The notes under the pieces were generated by a model that did not search any database, was not told the DNA's origin, and saw nothing but the letters and a program-made list of their open reading frames with translations. From positions 9,511,846 through 9,575,845 of the forward strand of contig CM082577.2 of NCBI GenBank assembly GCA_040954595.2: a stretch of 64,000 nt of DNA, given 5' to 3'. Both the position numbers and the translations under genes were made by a program. The DNA is from Balanoglossus misakiensis (taxonomy: Eukaryota; Animalia; Hemichordata). Shown in pieces: positions 53,025-64,000 of the stretch; the stretch's first letter is position 1, and each line of letters opens with the position of its first letter.

Positions 53025-53291
53025 TTATCTTCCCCTCAAGGTGCGCTTTTTGGGCGGGGTGACCTCCGTAAAAGTTTGGGAAAATCCCTGCGACTGGTGC
53101 AGTTTCTGCATCTCCTGCACGCTCGGAAGTCGATCGCGGGGGATGAGATGTCGAGTGCTGCGTAGCTCTTTCTTCAAGGGAAGTTGCGCCACGCTGCGAC
53201 CAGTGCCGCTGTACGCTGCCTTGGATGCCAGGTGCTTCCTTGGGACCATCCCGCCCGTCGATTTGCGTGCTGTCTGGATAGTTCGTGCCAT
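53025..53291 (-). CDS. Histone H3 N-terminal-tail-like protein without histone fold (88 aa)
   Basis: [31 protein letters not shown] versus canonical H3 [31 protein letters not shown]. Open to a TAA after [11 protein letters not shown]. Pyrimidine-rich acceptor (…TTCTTCTGCTGCAG) at 53330-53329 suggests a 5' UTR intron. Minus-strand AATAAA at about 52750-52745. Pseudogene status cannot be excluded. Confidence 0.7.
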   Translation of the reverse strand: [88 protein letters not shown]

Positions 53292-55664
53292 ACTGCAACA
53301 GGCCTCCAGTGGTCTCACAAAACACGTCCTGCAGCAGAAGAATGTGGGGAGAAACATAAATAGCTTTTAACTCAAAATGCTATGTGGTTTAATTTATATC
53401 CCTGGTCCATCCCCAAGCCTGGCCGATGGTAATATTAGCATTTCAATACTGTCAAGTATGTGTAAGATATCGTCAGAAATTAAAACAATATTATATCAAA
53501 TTATAATGAAAAATGTTGTCTTCATCATTATCATATCATCACTATTATTATGTCTGTTTATTCTCGGTCACTCCATGAATTGGACATGTGGTTTAGTCGA
53601 AGCCATTTATGATATTGAATCATTAATATTCAATTATCTGCAAAAGGTATTCATGAAAATGTGATGAATTATTCATAGCTTTCACTTCACTCATGGTAAA
53701 CAACATCAACCATGGAATATTGCACCTCTAAAATGCTATAATCGCGACCTTTCGGGGTGGAACCTATGCACGCCCACGCCTGTAAGTGTAAACAATGTCG
53801 GATATTTAAGTAACGAAACTCGTACATAGCCTCACGCACTGCATCATGATAAAGGGGTGGAACCAGGAGGGGCCAACTCCGGACAAAAGTACGGGGAATC
53901 GATATGATAATAGCCCGCCTTTGTGTCACTGTCGGTCGGTGAAAGTCGCCGGTCGCATTACGTCATGAAAGTAAAGGTCATTTGGGTCAAAGCAGTTGTT
54001 GCTTTACCTAGAGACCCTATGGTCTATGCTTTACCTAAGCCGGCCACGGTCACCGTAAACTTGGCTGGTTCAGTGAGAGTTGCCGGGTGTTGATGAGCAG
54101 TGATGCCGATTCATAATACTGACTGGTTTGGAAAATTAAGCAAAACTGGTGTTTTCAATGTCGCCGATCTCTCGCAAACAAGTTTTCAGGCGAAGCGAAG
54201 TACTTGCAATAATTTGGCCACGGTACACGTCACGTCCGTTGCGTTGCGTTGACAAGCTTCGGCATGACCTCGTTGGTGTTTGATGGCGCTATTGTCTCGA
54301 CTCGACCGCAAACAACTGGAAAAGGCGCGATATTTTGTACATGTTTCAACACATCGTTGGAAGAGAAAACTCAATCGCCTTATATTCGAATGTGACAGGT
54401 TTTCTATTGTTTTTCATTTTGCCAAACAGTGATTGCGCCAGTTAAATTCGCACCGTGAAACACAAGAAAAAGTTACCCTTCTAAAACGACAGAGTCCGAA
54501 ATATTACAAACCTGCCTGGACACCAAATTGTGGTGGGTGGGGCGGGGCGGTGACGTAGTTTTTTCATTCATTTGGCTATTGTAAAACGTGCAGATGTTTA
54601 TATTGATGCGACAAAGTTTTTCTCAGGGGACAGTATTTCTGTTTATTTCGTGCCCCCCCCCCCCAGCAAAGTCCAGTAGGCAAATGTGAACAAATAGTAA
54701 ATTTATTGTGAAAACACTTCGATGGTTAACTTTTGGCTTAGTTGAATCTCATACAGGACTTCTTGTTTGCTGGTGAACACACGCATTCTTTCAACAACCC
54801 AAAAATGCACACAAACTGCAGAATGGCTCTTTTTATTGTTTATTGATTTTATCAAGTATCAAAACTCTTCATTAGGCTACTTTCTGTTAATATGGACAGA
54901 GAATAAATTTCATGTGTGGTTTGTTCAGTGGTTCGGTATTTTAATCTCGAGACAATTTGCAGAATATAAATACAGCAGCAGTGATTTCTACAAGACTAGG
55001 AGTGTCCTATTAAAGTTGATGTATATTGACTATGTACCAAGCTTTGGCTTCGTCAATGTATACAGAGTACTGAAGTGCATATACACATTGAATATTTTTC
55101 TTATCTGTTGATCCTGATATTTCAAGTATAATCTTTTTAAAAAAATTGTGTACAATATTTTTTGTTTAAAATTCCTAGTTTGAGGTAATTACATGAGCCA
55201 ATAAAAAGTCTTCAATAAAAGTAGCCTAATATACAAAGACAGATAACTGGATATGATCGATATACATATTAAAACCCCTCTCCTATGAAAATATCTGAAG
55301 GCTCGTTCATGCACGCTACAAAAAAGTATCTACGAAAAATCTTAAATAACTTCTTGGCACGCAGATGGCATAGACAAGGCTGGTGATCGATCGATTGGAA
55401 ATGGGAAAATGGTATAAATCAAGACATTTTGTGACTATAATCAGTTACTTGTGATTTGATGGTGGAGTTTGTGTCATCCTGGCAAGAACTGGTAAAGTCT
55501 AAAGAGTGATTTCTTTTTTCCATTTGGGTGAGAAAGTCTTGGTTTTCCGTTTACCAGGAGGAATTGGCCACATGAATCGCATCATATGGGTTGTGGAATG
55601 GACGTCGTCGTCGTCGTCGCCTACGCCTTCTGATGCAAGCTGTAAAAATTCTCTCATAAATAAT

Positions 55665-56260
55665 TTACTTCTTCTGCTTCTGAAAATGTACAAGAAAGAA
55701 TTGGTGAGGGATAAATATTCAGTTTGCGTTTCTCTGTTTATATATCATGCAGCGGGGCAGAACAAAATTACGATAAAACGCCATTGGCATATATGCTCGT
55801 AGGCGGTGACCTTGGCCAATAGCCACAACGGCGAGACCTTGGCGCGTTTGTATGACAGTTACTAGATGTCATATTCAAAACACTTCTGTTGACACCCTAT
55901 TTAGAGAATTCAGACGCTGTATAACCTAGTTCCGCTTAGACAGGGTGATTTTTTTCGCGGGGTACACACTTCCGGTATCCAAAATCCAGCGTCTTTTCTG
56001 CGAAGCACATGCGGTGATTGGACGCTTTTGTGGCCCAGCCACGGTACGTTGCGGAGGGACCGAGCTCTACCAAAACAAACCCACGGCTACCCTCTCACCT
56101 TGCCCTTTGCTGCTTTCTTTCCCGCTCCCGCCTTCAGTCTTTTCACTTGCTTCTTGGCTGCTGGTTTCTTGGCCTTTGGTTTCTTCGCTGCCGCCTTCTT
56201 CGGCTTCGCCGCCGCCGCCTTCTTCTCTGGCTTAGCACGCGCGGCCTTAGTTTTCGCCAT
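55665..56260 (-). CDS. Small Lys/Ala-rich basic protein (histone H1 C-tail-like or protamine-like), about 58 aa
   Basis: Exon 56260-56099 MAKTKAARAKPEKKAAAAKPKKAAAKKPKAKKPAAKKQVKRLKAGAGKKAAKGK, donor GTGAGA, then exon 55679-55665 KQKK* after a pyrimidine tract and CAG. Acceptor TTCCCCTCAG lies just upstream of the ATG. Candidate non-coding exon 1 donor AAG|GTAATT at about 56888. Not present in the supplied ORF track. Confidence 0.75.
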
Positions 56261-56954
56261 TTCCTTCAGTTAGAGGTTACTGAGGGGAACACACAAAGAA
56301 AAAAAAAGGTCAATCGATACTACAACTAAACAAGTACGATATCTCAACCCCAAGAAAACATACGAAAGGCAAAACGCGGGGAAAATAACAGCACCCTGGT
56401 AAAAATGGCAAACATAGCGTGTTTTGGTCATCCACATACGGACTGTCAGTTTGTCTTTGAGGTTGCAGTCAATCGATGGCTGAATTGAGTTTGCCGCTAC
56501 AAAAACAAAGCCCACACCACTTCGGGTTAAATTTTGACTACATTTTACTCCAATTTTATCTCGACCAAAATAAACGCCATTGTAACAATTCAAAAATTGA
56601 CAATAAAGTTGCTAGATGGCATTTTAAAGATTAGATTCCAAATCTGCAATTAAGCGACAATATCAACAATATTGGATACATTGTCTTAACAAATATTTGA
56701 AAAAAAAACGGTTTTTACCAGTTGGGATATATTTCCCTCCAAGTCAGATTTTGAAATATACATCATATATATACTAATTGCGCCATGTAATGAACATAAT
56801 TATATTAGATATGATTGTTTATGTATGACAACATACATTTAAAATGTTAAATATTAAGATTTTGTAGAACAATGGGGACTAGAATTACCTTGTTGCACCG
56901 AAATATTTGCTCCAACAGTCAACGGGTCTTGGTGTAAAAACCGCGAATGATGGC

Positions 56955-57040
56955 GTCGTGTTTATACACAAAGCTTTGTATGCAAGGTCAGTAGGCGTGG
57001 ATTGAGTGATTGGCACCCGACTTCCTTTCTCGATTGGCCG
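56955..57040 (-). promoter_or_regulatory. Putative promoter of the small basic protein gene (TATAAA plus two CCAAT boxes)
   Basis: On the minus strand: GCCAATC twice (about 57038 and 57014) and GTATAAAC (about 56967), upstream of the candidate exon 1 donor. Confidence 0.5.
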
Positions 57041-60000
57041 ATTTGTAAAATGTATCGTTCAAAGCGAAATAAATTAATAAGTAATAAGCGTCGCTTTCAT
57101 GAATGGCTTTCTCCGGGTATACGTTTTTTTTAATGCACTTCTACTACAATCGCGACGGAAGGTTAATCTCATTGTTCAAGTTTTCGCGTGTGTGCACTTC
57201 GGGTCGATACATTCTATTTGTGGATATGAGACTCTAGTTCTTGGTTAATGAAGCAAGTCCGTTGTCACGCAAAATATCAAACGTTTGCGATTTTTTTTGT
57301 ATGGAGTGTACTTGTAGGGATTCCCAAATAAAATGGTCATAAAATGGCAAATGTCCACTGGCGAAACCAAATCAAAAACGCGATAATCTGAATTTAGGTC
57401 GGACAAGCCTATAAAATCCCATATTAGGAATTTGCTTCGACTACGTGTTTAGGCATATATCCATCCTATATATCTGCAATGATTGTACCGGGTGCTGCTA
57501 GGTTGACGACGTTTTTCGCTGGTAGTGCCGTGCGAAAATATCGCCAACCTATCATTGCAGCTATTCCTTCCATGGTTGATGAGTAGGCGTATCGTGTTTC
57601 CACGTACACCCTTTTCTCTTTTTATACGCGGGCGAACAGGTGGCAACACAAGTGGAATTTTCAATTTCAGTCGCAAAGAGCGACGTTTTATTTTCTGAGT
57701 TACGACATTTTAACCATTTCTTCCTCTTCTGTGGTATCGTATCGTTAAGTTTACACAGGGACGCAACATTAACATAGGTCACTGTCATGTCTTATAGATA
57801 AGGAGGGTGTGGGATTCGGTTAGTCTTAAACTTAGAGATGATCATGCACGCTATGCTACTTAATTTATTGCTCTCTCGTTCCAAATATGGCCATGCCCAC
57901 TGGGAATAATAGTTTTAACGGACGCGTCCACTTAGCATTTTTTTGAAAAAGTCGTGACCATTTTTTGTTTTGTTGTCATGGATACACCAAGCTGGGAAAC
58001 TTCGCTCGGCATCGTGCCAAACTGCCAACGCGTTGCATATTCAAAGTTGCCGAAGTTAATTTGCCATATAAATGTACGTCTGCTTTGTTCCTTTGTTCGT
58101 CTGCCCTCATGTAGTCATCAGTAATTAAAATCGCCAATCTCACTGAGGAGCAATTTTTTTGTCTGTTTTGTTTGCTATGTGTTTTGTTTTGTTTTGTTTT
58201 GCTGGTTGTGTCGGAGCATATATGCGAGGTGATGATTCATTTCTTGGCACGTCATGCCCACAACAAGTATAGGTTGATACCAGAGGTTGACGCTAAATAA
58301 GGACCCTGCAGTCAACTTATATTCCGAGAAACATAAGTCATCACACTATCACGTACACACCTAGCAACGGGGCCTGGACTTCGCTCTATCGAAACAGACT
58401 CGAGAACATTTAAATAAATTAATTGCCATACACACATGATCCTTCTCAATTTTATTGGGAAAGCTGCCCCTGCAATCGGGTGAATTTTCTCACAGTCTGT
58501 AATCTTGTAGAAGTCGTATCAGGGTCTCGATGTCCTCTAGATAGGCATGAAAGATGATGGCCGTACTAAAGCCCCAGTACTGACATTAGCTCTAACTTTT
58601 GGCTATTTTTTCGTTATTTATTTTTCGTTTTTGTCTCAACTCCGGTTTCCTGTTCTACTCTAGATAGCTTTATGAAATATGCAGACAAACCCTGTATGGT
58701 AACGGTCATTTTTTTTATTATTTTGACAATTGAAAGTTCAGCCAAGTCCGGACTTGACTTCAATTTTCAACAATAATAATTTCGACCACTGACTATAAAA
58801 TGGTCGTATTGAAATTCTTTAAATTTTACAGAGTACAACAAGAAACCACAGCCTGAGGCCTACCGAAAACAAAGCTACTGAGAAAATAGCCAAAACTTAG
58901 AAATACGGGACCCGTACGGAGACCAACGAACGCTTGTCATGGTGACGGAGTTCGTATAAACGTCGGTGGTGATCAGCGCGGTCCAAACGATTGTCATTAC
59001 AAGATTGTCATAGTAAGCTTGGAGGGGCACTCTGCGGTAATATTAATAACCATGTGCACTCGCCTTAATCCATAAACCGTCTCGATGTTTTGACGGCTGA
59101 ATCCGTAAGCATCTCAAAAATGTCTATGACAATGCCGCTGAGAAACTGTTACTTTGGCAAGTTTTTGTAAGCGCCTATTTATTTTGAACTTCGCCTAACA
59201 GGTGATTCGAACATTTTCTAGTCCCTTTACCTTGATTTTGATGAGAATTTTTTTTTAATTTTCAGACAGTTGTACGGTCGGGGTCACCATATCAATTGCA
59301 TTGAGAAAAAGTAGTATTTTATTCTGTGGGAAAGAACGGAAATCAAACTGTCTCATTTTAATATCCAAAACTGTAAAGCAGAAACTTATGCAAAAACATG
59401 CACTGAAATACTAGTAAACTTCACTGTTGTCATGATAAATTAAACCTAGAGCAAAACGAATTAATACCACACCTATTTTTGTTCTTTTTGAATCTCTTAG
59501 GCATTATACCCCCGCCCTTGACTTGACTGGTGTGAAATCCGTAGACTTTCTCACTCGCCATCGCAAATGTATCCTCTTATTCAATGTGCGCCATCAACGA
59601 TCAGCCAAGCGAATCCGGCTAGTTCCGAAACGGCGACAGCTCATGCCATGCTACAGGCTGGCCAAACTGTTGAGGGCGCATCACAGTATACGACGTTTTA
59701 AGAACCCTTTACATCTGTGAACATCTTTCCTTTGTTCATTTCTTCGGTTGTTGACTTACATTACATATTTTTCTGTAGGCTTTGTTACTTTTTTACATTT
59801 TTTTTTCATTTAATCCCACTTTTCTAAATTTTTGAAACTGATGACCATTCACATAACCGGGAGTCTGCCTATTAGTTTTGGCCCTGTACACTTTTCCCCA
59901 TTCAAACAACACAAAAGCACGGATAAAAAATTAAATCAAGATTTGCCACTATCTTTCAATTAAAATAAATCGAAATTCGTAATCTAATTTGGCCTGGTTG

Positions 60001-61978
60001 TGTAATACTTACAAGAACCACTTCTCCGTGACACTGTCAATGACCGTCTCAGTTGCTGCTTCCTGCAACGTGTAGCGTCACTTATACACGTATTGAAATT
60101 CCGAAAGTTGTTTCCTTGTTTCACATAATGACCTTAATTGACCCCAAACGGACACTTCACTGTCAGTTGAAGGACAAAATGCAAAGTACAACTTGGGAGA
60201 AGTCCTTCGCTAATGTAGTACGGTACATCATGTAGAGTGTTTTTCCATCATATCATGTCACACTCAAAAATATTTTATACATTGGTACAGTTTCAAAATT
60301 CTTTTCACGGGTAACGCACCATTAAGGAAGTAAAAGTGATGTGTAACCCAAACCAAAAATGATGATGTCACACATCCATGCGAGTATTGATTTCAAGGTA
60401 ATAAAAAAAAAGACAGATAACAGAGGACTGAAGGATGATTGAAAAGTATTGTCAAAATGAAATCACTACTTTTTGCTAAAGATGAATACTACTTCAGAAA
60501 AGTACTCCCACAACACCCACAAATTCAGTATTAAATTTTAACCCCTTCACCGCCATGGTTTGGTCCAAATCCATTGTTCACTATGGAAAACTTGAACCTT
60601 GATAGTGGGCAACCGGGGTGAAAGAGGTATAAAAAGTTATCTACACACGCTACCCAGATGCTAGACAGTGCAGAAAATGTCAAACCGTGACGGCATTCAT
60701 AAAAGACAATATGTTTATTTCCATCTACATGTATATGTTACAACACAGAATATATTTCAGTTATGATTGTAATTTCATCTAATGACTGCTAAAAGTTTTC
60801 ATCAGTACTGTTCGTTTCGTGGTCTGTACCAAAATAACCACAGTATGTAAATATACTTATTATCCGTTACCCTGTTTACAGGCTAAAATATTTCCAACAT
60901 GAGCTGTAAATGTTTTGAATCTACATTTACTCAAGTTGTTGTTTTTCTTTACTTTTCTAATAAAAGACTAAGTTTCAGTTCTAGATGCGGTCGACCGTCC
61001 TTCTGACGCAGTGTATACGTTTCCTCTGCATTTTTCGTGATTAAGTTGTCGTTCCCCGCTGTGATGTTTGTCGCCAAAATGCCCTCTGTACACGACACGA
61101 CTCGGTAAGTTGAAAAGTACATGGAACTGAGAAACTGAAAACCGTTGAGCAGTGGCCTACTGTAGTTATGTGACGTGGGTTTGACAGTATTTACCTTCTT
61201 GTATCCTGCCAAGTCCACAATAAAGGGCATTGTTGATCGAGTTTTTCTCTCAGTTTTAGGAGAATCTCACATGGAAAAGTTTCAGTGTCAATCTACAAGA
61301 AAACTCTAACACCATTGGCAATTCTCATCAGTGGACATACGTGCCTATACTCAAATGACCAATTGTTGGCATTCCATGTAAAGACAAGGAAACAGACTAG
61401 AAGAGAGGAAAGATAATAGGGAAAGAAGAAACTGGGAAAAGTGAACGTAAGTCCTATCATTTACTGCTTAATTACCAGAGACATTCAATTATGAAAATCT
61501 GCTTGATTGTGTGGTGTTCGCGTTAAAGGGGCAATGTTGCTATCGTCTGTAAAACCAGTGCATCGGGTCACCTGATGAAGAATATCATTTTTTTGAAAAT
61601 ATGTACAAAATGAAAAGGTCACATACCACTGCTGCCAACTACATTTTTTTACGGTGCCTTGAATCAAGTCAAATAATACTGACAATAGTATTTTAGACTT
61701 GTGTTGAAAACTCTTTCTCATCATGCAATGTTGCCCCCTTATTTGGATGACTAAACAACACAGACACCAGTCATGATTAATGTACCCCGGCAAGCTTTTG
61801 GGGAGCCAGGGAAACTTTTCTTATCTGTCCAACTCCAGTGGGATTTAGCCCTACATACGACGGACGAAGCACAGATTTGAGAACGGGAGAAATTTCAATT
61901 TCCCAGATAACAGTTCAGATGAGAAAGACTCTAATATTTCAGTTTTTTATCAGCTTCGGCAGTCTACAGGCTATCGTT

Positions 61979-62364
61979 TTACTTCATTGACGGGTCCGAT
62001 AGTTTTTCCTCGGCCTTCTTATCTCTGACGCTGACGCACTTGTTCCCTTTGATGTAAAATCGCAAGGGTTTGGACGCCCACTCCTCGGCATAATCGATCC
62101 CGATCCGGGGACACGCCACGACGTCGCCGCCGACCACGCCATCGCCCTTCTCCAGCCAGAGTGCCTCGCACGCGGTCAGGTCCTTCTCGTTGAAGTCCGG
62201 CTTGCTGACCGTCAGGGCCTGGCAGAGTTTGGACGGCCCGTTGCACAGCTCGTGGTCCTTCAGCGGCTTGGCTCCGTCCTTTCGTTTCTGGTTCCTGGCC
62301 GCGTGCATCTCGTCGATTCCGTCGACCGGCTCCAAGGAACGGATGAGGACGGCCGCCCCTGCAC
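61979..62364 (-). CDS. MPG: N-methylpurine (3-methyladenine) DNA glycosylase, last coding exon; upstream exons were not seen and presumably lie beyond the window
   Basis: Acceptor TTGCAG, then GAGAAVLIRSLEP...ELCNGPSKLCQAL...RIGI...WASKPLRFYIKGNKCVS...*, matching the MPG/AAG C-terminal half. Confidence 0.95.
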
Positions 62365-62384
62365 CTGCAATGGATAATCGGATA

Positions 62385-62546
62385 CAGTAAAATGCCTGTT
62401 AGTGGTCACCTCTACATAGTGGCCACTTTGATACAGTTCCTTTGCAATTCACACGTGCGTTGAGTAACCTCTGTATAAAGGCCACCTGTCTATAAAGGCC
62501 AGTTTGGGAAACTCCCTTGGCTGGCCACTAATGACAGGTTCGACTG
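62385..62546. mobile_element. TA-flanked Tc1/mariner-type MITE in the MPG intron
   Basis: TA-CAGTAAAATGCCTGTTAGTGGTCA ... TGGCCACTAATGACAGGTTCGACTG-TA imperfect TIRs, with internal GGCCAC subrepeats. Confidence 0.6.
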
Positions 62547-64000
62547 TATACTAAAATAGGTGCTCAATAGCCCTCCCAATGACATCAAACATGATCATGG
62601 ACAGAATAGAACATTTAACCACTTTAACAAAAGAAAACAAACACAAATGATACATTAGTTAATCTGCCAAGAGAAGAAGAATTTGAAACGTCATGATTTT
62701 TGTTGCAGAATCGAACCTATCTTCCAAAAATGTTATTTTGAAATATTTTCCTAGAAAAGTGGTGACAGAAGAAACTTGACCATCAGAAAAAGATGCATTT
62801 TGGTGTCAACAACGACAAACATGGCCATGTCATAATGAAGTCATATCTTCAACAAAAATACAACAGTATTGTGTTACTGTGCAAATAATAAACAATTTTT
62901 GAATATTTTGATCGCGTGCTAAGGACTTGAGGTCAGAATTCTTGGAATGTGCAAACAAAGCGCAAGAAGAATGCCCACTGTGTTCTACATAAACTTTGGA
63001 AAGAATTGATAACATTTCGCAAAACTGATCCAAGATACCCCGACTTACTGGTACATCAAGTTTTTGGCCTTGTAATGCTGTGGTATCATTTGCTGGTACA
63101 ACAAAACTACCACAAACAAACACTGTTGTCAGTGAATGAAGTGCAGATTTATTTCTTCCAAATACAGGTATTGCATTTCTCCTTGCTGAAGGTATACAAT
63201 CACCCTTAATTTACAAACGCCCATATATGGTTAAAGCTAAGGAGTGTGTCTAAGCATTCAAATCACTGTTTGGTGGCACACTTTTTTCACATGGCCACCC
63301 TGCAAAAATCTGTGATTGGCTACGTCTCAACTTTCCATGGCATTACTGTGGCCAAATTTGCAGAGGTGACTGTGTACCTTTAATACAGCCCATAATCAGA
63401 TGATGCAAAGAGCTGTTCGTTTTGATATGCGCTGCAGTGAGGATTCTAAACACACACACAGTTAACTTCCACATGTGGATTTAATGCAGTCTACCCAGAA
63501 TTAGTGACACTACTGTCAAATATCAAACCCTGATACATTGACATGAAGCATGCCAAATTCATTGTGCATGAGGCAAACAGCGGTAATTGAAAATGATTCC
63601 AATTTGAAATCAAATCAAAAACACGTGACAGCTATCATATCCATCACTTGGCAGACTAAACAAAACTGCAGGAAAGGAAAAATGCAGAAAACACGTATCA
63701 GTCTTGGATTACTGTCACTGTGTCTGTTGTTTTCAACAATCAGATGTCAGGTTGATGTCAATTTATAGAGAGTGTCTTTTGCAGTGCAGTACACCATATA
63801 GGCACCATTCATTCAAAGTGTTTCTGTTTTGGAAAAGTCTTGATTAGGAGAATCAAGATACGGTAAGTTCTTTAGCATTCTCCGTACAAAGATTGTAGCT
63901 AACCTAGCTAGGGGATCTGGTCGCTAGCTAGATTAGAATTATCCACGCGGTACAATCTCTGTAGGGAGAATGGTTCTTTAGCAGATTGACTATGCTGTTT

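Noticed and set aside
53025-53291. Canonical H3, H3.3 or CENP-A gene
   Set aside because: No histone-fold sequence before the stop and no histone 3' stem-loop seen.

Overview
Intron-rich animal genomic DNA, probably a marine invertebrate (species not determinable from sequence alone). All exon models and alignments below were made by eye. In order: (1) two complete tandem minus-strand xanthine dehydrogenase/aldehyde oxidase-family genes (627-14509, 16138-30651). Both keep the catalytic Glu but have a rebuilt substrate pocket and two adjacent U12-type introns; they also show a precise intron loss in one copy and near-identical patches suggesting gene conversion. (2) A 4-exon secreted gene (32560-34176), only partly visible in the ORF track, encoding a homologue of the bacterial type VI secretion amidase Tae4, i.e. 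a domesticated amidase (Dae4-like). (3) An ANKRD63-like ankyrin-repeat gene. (4) NPRL3 (13 coding exons), convergent with the last exon of MPG, the gene pair that flanks vertebrate alpha-globin; no globin is visible here. (5) Between NPRL3 and MPG, two small minus-strand 'histone-tail-only' genes: an H3 N-terminal tail mimic with K4I and K14M and no histone fold, and a 58-aa Lys/Ala-rich H1-tail/protamine-like protein. There are also several MITEs (one with TTAGGG repeats) and microsatellites. Best candidates for new biology: the H3-tail mimic, its H1-tail-like neighbour, and the Dae4-like gene.
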